Shown piece by piece: positions 58,692-64,000 of a stretch of DNA of 64,000 nt (positions are counted from its first letter, which is position 1; each line of letters opens with the position of its first letter). The DNA is from Oscillospiraceae bacterium (lineage in GTDB: Bacteria > Bacillota > Clostridia > Oscillospirales > Ruminococcaceae): positions 29,085 to 93,084 of the forward strand of contig JAHYZA010000009.1 of NCBI GenBank assembly GCA_019424695.1, in the 5' to 3' direction. The position numbers were made by a program, and so were the translations under genes. The notes under the pieces were generated by a model that saw nothing but the letters and a program-made list of their open reading frames with translations, did not search any database and had not been told where the DNA came from.

Positions 58692-61600
58692 ATGCCGGAT
58701 ACCCCCAAAATTCAATTTACCCCCGCCCAGGCGGCGGCCATCGGCGCGCGGGGCGGCAGTCTGCTGGTTTCGGCGGCAGCCGGTTCCGGCAAGACCCGCG
58801 TGCTGGTGGAGCGGGTGGTGGGGCTCATCACCGACCCGGAACACCCGGTGGAAGCGGACAGTCTGCTCATCATGACCTTCACCAACGCGGCAGCGGCCAA
58901 GCTGCGCGCCGATATTTCCACCCGGCTGGCGGACGAAGTCCGTGCCCACCCCGGCAATGTGCGGCTGCGCCGTCAGCAACTGCTTTTGCAGCGGGCGTCC
59001 ATCGGCACGGTGGATGCTTTCTGCCTGCATTTTGTGCAGCAGCATTTTGCCGCGCTGGATGTGCCGCCGGATTTTGAAACGGCGGAGGAAGCGGACCTGG
59101 CCCGCATCGAGCAGGAAACACTGGCCGACGTGCTGGAACAAGCCTACGAGGATGTGGATTTCCGCGCCTTTGCCGATTTGTATGACCGGGGCCGTACCGA
59201 CCAGACGGCAGGCAATGCGGTGCTGGAACTGTATCATTTCAGCCGTTCGCTGCCGCACCCGGCCCAGGCGCTGCAATCTTTTGCCGATCAGTGGCAAAGC
59301 GATGCGCCGCCCCAGGATACCCCCTGGGGGCAGGACCTGCTGCGCATCGCGCTGGGCCGCGCCCGTGGGGCCAAGTCTCTGCTGGAAGCGGGCGCCCGCA
59401 CGGCAGCCCGGGACGAGGCGGCCGATGCCGCTTATACAGCGGTGCTGCAGGACGATGCTTCCCGCGTGGAGTGGCTCTGCCAGAAACTGGAACAGGGCGA
59501 TTGGGATGCCGCCGTGGCGGCGCTGGAAGAACTGGGCGGCAGCTGGCGCAAGGCGGGCCGTATCAAGGGCGGCAAGGATTCCAACCCGGCGGCTTTCGCG
59601 GCCAGCGAACTGCGTGACCGGGCCAAAAAGCAGATCACGGCGCTGCGCACGGATTTTTTGCTCTGCACGGCCCAGGAATATCAGGAGGACCGCCGCCGTG
59701 CAGCCCCCCTGGTGGCAGCGCTGGTGCGCGTGACCCAACGTTTTGCCGATGCTTGCTTTGCGGCCAAATGTGAGGAAAAACTGCTGGACTATGCGGACTT
59801 TGAGCATCTGACCCTGGACCTGCTCATCGGACCGGATGGCAGCCGTACACCCCTTTGCCGCACGGTCAGCGAGCGGTATTCCGCCGTGCTGGTGGACGAA
59901 TACCAGGACACCAACGCCCTGCAGGATGCCATCTATTTTGCCCTGGCTTCGCCCCAAGGCGACAATCTTTTCTTCGTGGGTGACATCAAACAGAGCATCT
60001 ACCGGTTCCGTCAGGCCGACCCGTCGGTGTTTCTGGGCAAACAGCAGCGGTGGCAGCCCTATCCCCGGCTGGCACCGGAACCCGCCACACTGGCGCTGGA
60101 TGCCAACTTCCGCAGCGCACCCCAGGTCATCGAGGGCATCAATTATCTGTTCTCGGTGTTCTTCTCGGAGGGGCTGGGCGGTGTGACCTACGGGGACGGC
60201 CAGCGCCTGGTGGTGGGTAAACCCGATGCCGCTTATCCCGGCCTGTGTGAGGTGGATGTCATCGACGGCGCCGACGCGGCAGGGGATGCGGCTTCCATTG
60301 CCCGTCGTATCGCAGATATGGTTTCGGAAGGCTTCCTGGTGCGGGGCAAGGAAGGTCCGCGTCTCTGCCAGTATGATGATTTCTGCATCCTGCTGCGCGG
60401 CCGCGCCGATTTCTCGGTGTACGAGGAAGTGCTGCGCGGGGCGGATATCCCCGTCTTTGCCGATACGGCCGCCGACCTGCTGGATGCACCGCATATCCGC
60501 CCCTTTGCGGCGCTGCTGCGGGTCATTGATAACCCGGCGCAGGACATTCCGCTGGCAGCCGTGCTGCTCAGCCCCATGTTCCCGTACACGCCGGATGATC
60601 TGGTGGCTTTGCGCCGCGCCCGCCCCCAGGGCAGTCTGTACGGCGCGGTACTGTATGGCGGCCAGCCCCGTTTTGCCGCCTTCACCGAAGCGCTGACGGA
60701 ATATCGCCGTCTGGCCCGGACCCTGCCGGTGGACCGTCTGTTGGAAGAGCTGCTGGCCCGCACGGGGTATCTGGCAGCCGTCGGCGCCATGCCCGACGGC
60801 GCCCGCTGCCGGGAAGATTTGCAGACATTCGTGGCCTGGGCCGGCGGTGCCGGGCGCGGGGGCCTTTCCGCCCTTGTGCGTGCGATGGACTCTGCGGCGG
60901 CCAACGGTGGTCTCAGCCAGAGCGGCGGCGGCCAGACCCGTCCAGGGTGCGTCAGTATCATGACGGTGCACCGCTCCAAGGGGTTGGAATTCCCGGTGGT
61001 ATTCGTGGCCAATACCGCTCACCAGTTCAACCAGAGTGATGCCATCCGCCCGGTGCTCACCCACAGCCGACTGGGTGTGGGTGTTATGCTGCGGGCGGGA
61101 CAGGCGGCCAAGCGTTACAAAACGCTGCCCTATGCGGCCCTGGCACAGGCCATCCGCACCGAGACTCTCAGCGAGGAAATGCGTGTATTATATGTAGCGC
61201 TGACCCGCGCCCAGGATGCTCTCATTGTGACAATCCCCCTGAAAAAGACCGACAGCTCCCTCAAGACCCCGGCTCTTTGCGCGGCGGCGGAAGCTACCGG
61301 CCCCGAAGCCATGCAGGGGATGAACAGCTGGGCGGGCTGGCTGCTGACAGCCGTACTGCTGCACCCGGACAGCGATGCCCTGTGGGCTCATACGGCGCTG
61401 CTGCCCCATCATCTGCCCACACGGGTGCCGCTGACGGTGCGCCTGCTCACGGCGCCGGAAAGCGCCCCGGAACAGCCGGCCCCGGTACAGGCACAGCCTG
61501 ACGAGCCCCTTCGCCGGGCACTGGAGGAGACCTTCGCCTGGCAGAATCCCCGGACCGCCCTGCAGAAGATACCGGCCAAGGTCAGCGTCAGCGCGGTGGC

Positions 61601-62174
61601 TCACGCGGCACGGCCTGTGGCGCTGGAACGCCCTGCTTTCCTACAAAAGAGCGGTATGACCGGAGCCGAGCGCGGCACGGCCATCCATGCCTTCATGCAG
61701 AGTGTGCCCTTCGACGGCCCGACGCCGGATCTGCAGGCGGAGGTGCAGCGCCAGAAGGACCTGAAACTGCTGGACGCCGATCTGGCCGACAAGCTGGACC
61801 TGGAACGGGTGCGGCCCTTTTTCGAGAGCGGTGTCTGGCGGCGCATCCGGGCAGCGCGCAAGGTGCTGCGGGAGGAGCCGTTCATCACAGCGCTGCCTGC
61901 GTCCCGCATCACGCCGGAAGCGGGGGACAGCGAGGCCGAAGTGCTGGTACAGGGCATTGCCGACCTGGTACTGGTCTATGATGACCATGCAGAGATCTGC
62001 GATTACAAAACTGATGCCAGCAAGGACCCGGACTTCTATAAAAAGGAATATGCCGCGCAGCTGCAGCTCTATCGCCATGCCTTTGCGCTGCGTCTGGGTG
62101 TGCCGGTCACCAAGCTGACGATCTACAGCTTTACACTGCAGCAGGAGATCGACATTCCTCTCCGGGAGGCATAA
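58692..62174 (+). CDS. addA: ATP-dependent helicase/nuclease subunit A
   Basis: 'SAAAGSGKT', 'VDEYQD', 'GDIKQSIYRFR', 'NFRS', 'HRSKGLEF', 'YVALTRA', nuclease 'QGIAD...DYKT'. Confidence 0.95.
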   Translation: MPDTPKIQFTPAQAAAIGARGGSLLVSAAAGSGKTRVLVERVVGLITDPEHPVEADSLLIMTFTNAAAAKLRADISTRLADEVRAHPGNVRLRRQQLLLQRASIGTVDAFCLHFVQQHFAALDVPPDFETAEEADLARIEQETLADVLEQAYEDVDFRAFADLYDRGRTDQTAGNAVLELYHFSRSLPHPAQALQSFADQWQSDAPPQDTPWGQDLLRIALGRARGAKSLLEAGARTAARDEAADAAYTAVLQDDASRVEWLCQKLEQGDWDAAVAALEELGGSWRKAGRIKGGKDSNPAAFAASELRDRAKKQITALRTDFLLCTAQEYQEDRRRAAPLVAALVRVTQRFADACFAAKCEEKLLDYADFEHLTLDLLIGPDGSRTPLCRTVSERYSAVLVDEYQDTNALQDAIYFALASPQGDNLFFVGDIKQSIYRFRQADPSVFLGKQQRWQPYPRLAPEPATLALDANFRSAPQVIEGINYLFSVFFSEGLGGVTYGDGQRLVVGKPDAAYPGLCEVDVIDGADAAGDAASIARRIADMVSEGFLVRGKEGPRLCQYDDFCILLRGRADFSVYEEVLRGADIPVFADTAADLLDAPHIRPFAALLRVIDNPAQDIPLAAVLLSPMFPYTPDDLVALRRARPQGSLYGAVLYGGQPRFAAFTEALTEYRRLARTLPVDRLLEELLARTGYLAAVGAMPDGARCREDLQTFVAWAGGAGRGGLSALVRAMDSAAANGGLSQSGGGQTRPGCVSIMTVHRSKGLEFPVVFVANTAHQFNQSDAIRPVLTHSRLGVGVMLRAGQAAKRYKTLPYAALAQAIRTETLSEEMRVLYVALTRAQDALIVTIPLKKTDSSLKTPALCAAAEATGPEAMQGMNSWAGWLLTAVLLHPDSDALWAHTALLPHHLPTRVPLTVRLLTAPESAPEQPAPVQAQPDEPLRRALEETFAWQNPRTALQKIPAKVSVSAVAHAARPVALERPAFLQKSGMTGAERGTAIHAFMQSVPFDGPTPDLQAEVQRQKDLKLLDADLADKLDLERVRPFFESGVWRRIRAARKVLREEPFITALPASRITPEAGDSEAEVLVQGIADLVLVYDDHAEICDYKTDASKDPDFYKKEYAAQLQLYRHAFALRLGVPVTKLTIYSFTLQQEIDIPLREA

Positions 62175-62222
62175 GAGACGTTGTGCCGCCAAGAAATCCT
62201 GCAAAAAATGCGGCAGGATGCC

Positions 62223-62251
62223 TTGACTTAAACCCGCGGTTGTGCTATTAT
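62223..62251 (+). promoter_or_regulatory. Sigma-A promoter of rpmG-secE-nusG
   Basis: TTGACT-17 bp-TATTAT with extended -10 (TGn). Confidence 0.8.
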
Positions 62252-62350
62252 GATAGCACCTCTTTTGCGGGTTTCTTTTTTATGCCCTTTTTCCGGGGCT
62301 GCCCGTAAGCGCGAGGGAGGCTTATTAACCGATAATGGAGGTGCCGAACA

Positions 62351-62500
62351 ATGACTGTCAAGATCACCCTGGCCTGCACTGAGTGCAAGCAGCGCAACTA
62401 CAACAAGGAGAAGAACAAGAAGAATTCTCCGGATCGTCTTGAGATGAAGAAGTATTGCCGTTTCTGCAAAAAGCATACCCTTCACCGCGAAACCAAGTGA
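62351..62500 (+). CDS. rpmG: 50S ribosomal protein L33 (Zn-binding C+ form); absent from the ORF track because it is short
   Basis: Translated by hand: [59 protein letters not shown]. Confidence 0.97.
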   Translation: MTVKITLACTECKQRNYNKEKNKKNSPDRLEMKKYCRFCKKHTLHRETK

Positions 62501-62516
62501 GGATAGGAGCTTAGAG

Positions 62517-62792
62517 ATGGCGGACAAGAAAGCTGCGAATACCGCAGCCCAGGCTCAAAGCGACAAAAAGAAAAAGACCTCATTTTTTGGTAAGGTCAAG
62601 AACTTTTTCAAGGGCATCGCGAAGTATTTCAAAGATACCAAGAGCGAGCTGAAAAAGGTCGTCTGGCCCAGCAAAAAGGACGTCAAGACCAACACCATCA
62701 CGGTCATTGCGGTCGTGCTGATCGCGGCGATCGTCCTGATTGTGCTGGACCTTATCTTCGGCGGCGCGATCCACCTAGTGGTCGGCGCCTGA
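62517..62792 (+). CDS. secE: Preprotein translocase subunit SecE
   Basis: 'SELKKVVWPS' plus one TM; lies between rpmG and nusG. Confidence 0.95.
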   Translation: MADKKAANTAAQAQSDKKKKTSFFGKVKNFFKGIAKYFKDTKSELKKVVWPSKKDVKTNTITVIAVVLIAAIVLIVLDLIFGGAIHLVVGA

Positions 62793-62816
62793 GCGCTTGA
62801 GCGGAGGCAATGACCA

Positions 62817-63356
62817 ATGGCTGAACAGGCAAACTGGTATGTTGTGCATACCTATTCCGGCTATGAAAACAAGGTCGCACAGGACCTGATGACGATGGTG
62901 GAAAACCGCCGTCTGCAGGACCTGATCTGCGATGTCAAGGTCCCGACCGAGACAGTGATCGAGGAAGTGCTGGACAAGACCGGCAACAAGACCGGTGAAA
63001 AGGAAGTTCAGCGCAAACTTTACCCCGGTTATGTCTTTGTCAAAATGGTCATGAACGATAACACCTGGTACATCGTGCGCAACACGCGCGGCTGCACCGG
63101 TTTTGTCGGCCCGGAATCCAAACCCGAGCCGCTGACCGAGGCAGAAGTTGCCAAGATGGGCGTCGAGACCACAGCCGAACTGCAGGTCGACTACAAAGTC
63201 GGCGATACCGTCGAGATCACCGCCGGCCCGATGGAAGGTTCCGTCGGCACCGTCGAGGAGATCGACATTCCCGCGCGCAAAGTGCGCGTGAAAATCACGA
63301 TGTTTGGCCGCGAGCTTCCGGCAGAGCTGGAGCTCCATCAGGTCAAACTGTTCTGA
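62817..63356 (+). CDS. nusG: Transcription termination/antitermination factor NusG
   Basis: 'WYVVHTYSGYENKV', 'PGYVFV', KOW motif, 'MFGRE'. Confidence 0.98.
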   Translation: MAEQANWYVVHTYSGYENKVAQDLMTMVENRRLQDLICDVKVPTETVIEEVLDKTGNKTGEKEVQRKLYPGYVFVKMVMNDNTWYIVRNTRGCTGFVGPESKPEPLTEAEVAKMGVETTAELQVDYKVGDTVEITAGPMEGSVGTVEEIDIPARKVRVKITMFGRELPAELELHQVKLF

Positions 63357-63452
63357 GAAAACTCTCGGAACCCCAGCAATTTCCGGTAAGGACCGCGAAC
63401 GGGCACTGTCCCGGGGTACGGTTTTTATAGGGTATGCGGTGGTCGCATACCC

Positions 63453-63487
63453 GTGGGAGGCCCGCGCCGCGGGCCGCAACTCACCAC
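63453..63487 (+). promoter_or_regulatory. L1-binding autoregulatory leader of rplK-rplA
   Basis: GTGGGAG-stem(GCCCGC/GCGGGC)-...ACCAC just upstream of the rplK RBS, matching the L1 leader pattern. Confidence 0.75.
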
Positions 63488-63509
63488 AAAATTTGGAGGT
63501 GCAAGTATT

Positions 63510-63935
63510 ATGGCACAGAAAATCACTGGCTACATCAAGCTGCAAATTCCCGCCGGCAAGGCAACTCCGGCCCCCCCTGTTGGTCCCGCTCTGGGCCAGA
63601 AGGGCGTCAACATCATGTCCTTCACCAAGGAGTTCAACGAGCGTACCAAGAACCAGATGGGTATGATCATCCCCGTCGTCATCACCGTGTACGCTGACCG
63701 CTCCTTCAGCTTCATTACCAAGACCCCCCCGGCGCCTGTTCTGATCAAGAAGGCTGCCGGCATCGACACTGCTTCCGGCGTGCCGAACAAGAACAAGGTC
63801 GGCTCCATCACCCTGGCTCAGGCCGAGGAGATCGCCAAGACCAAGATGCCCGACCTGAACGCCGCCTCTCTGGAGGCTGCCGTCAGCATGATCAAGGGCA
63901 CCGCCCGCAGCATGGGCGTTACCGTTGAGGGTTGA
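63510..63935 (+). CDS. rplK: 50S ribosomal protein L11
   Basis: '[21 protein letters not shown]', 'GTARSMG'. Confidence 0.98.
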   Translation: MAQKITGYIKLQIPAGKATPAPPVGPALGQKGVNIMSFTKEFNERTKNQMGMIIPVVITVYADRSFSFITKTPPAPVLIKKAAGIDTASGVPNKNKVGSITLAQAEEIAKTKMPDLNAASLEAAVSMIKGTARSMGVTVEG

Positions 63936-63953
63936 ACAGGAGGGGAATAAGCA

Positions 63954-64000
63954 ATGAAACACGGCAAGAAATATACCGATGCTGCCAAACTGATCGAGAG
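63954..64000 (+). CDS. rplA: 50S ribosomal protein L1, N-terminus (truncated by window end)
   Basis: MKHGKKYTDAAKLIE after an AGGAGG RBS, directly downstream of rplK. Confidence 0.9.
   Translation, partial: MKHGKKYTDAAKLIE

Noticed and set aside
55356..61064. 1902-aa ORF antisense to addB/addA
   Set aside because: Shadow frame from GC-rich codon bias; no recognisable motifs, and the sense genes have full AddAB motifs.

Overview
A 64-kb, GC-rich (roughly 60%) stretch of core chromosome from a Clostridia-class firmicute; gene content and style suggest an Oscillospiraceae gut organism such as Subdoligranulum/Gemmiger (inference, not verified). It holds about 60 protein genes. Translation: pheST with a Phe T-box, asnS, rpsT, prmA, rsmE, rpmG-secE-nusG-rplK-rplA. 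DNA repair: mutY, addB-addA. Envelope and glycan: glmS, a CapD/PglF-like plus PglC-like pair, rmlA-rmlD-rmlB, a GT2 and two class B sortases. Division and sporulation: murA-like, ftsZ, DivIVA-like, spoVAC/D/E, spoIIP, spoIIR, dpaAB. It also has several regulators and a NitT/TauT-type ABC importer. I saw no tRNA, rRNA, CRISPR array or mobile element. Most notable candidates: (1) a 112-aa protein with both an N-terminal lipobox and a C-terminal TPATG sortase signal around a 65-aa Ser/Thr-rich linker, encoded just upstream of a class B sortase, possibly a membrane-to-peptidoglycan tether analogous to Braun's lipoprotein; (2) four apparent pseudoenzymes: a PASTA pseudokinase (HRD to HRG, DFG to GYG), an Enzyme I paralogue with a degenerate PEP site, and two tandem LytM proteins lacking the zinc ligands; (3) a ~100-nt promoter-to-terminator unit (candidate sRNA) upstream of a glmS that has no glmS ribozyme; (4) several candidate operators and structured leaders. 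All motif calls were made by eye; no searches were run.
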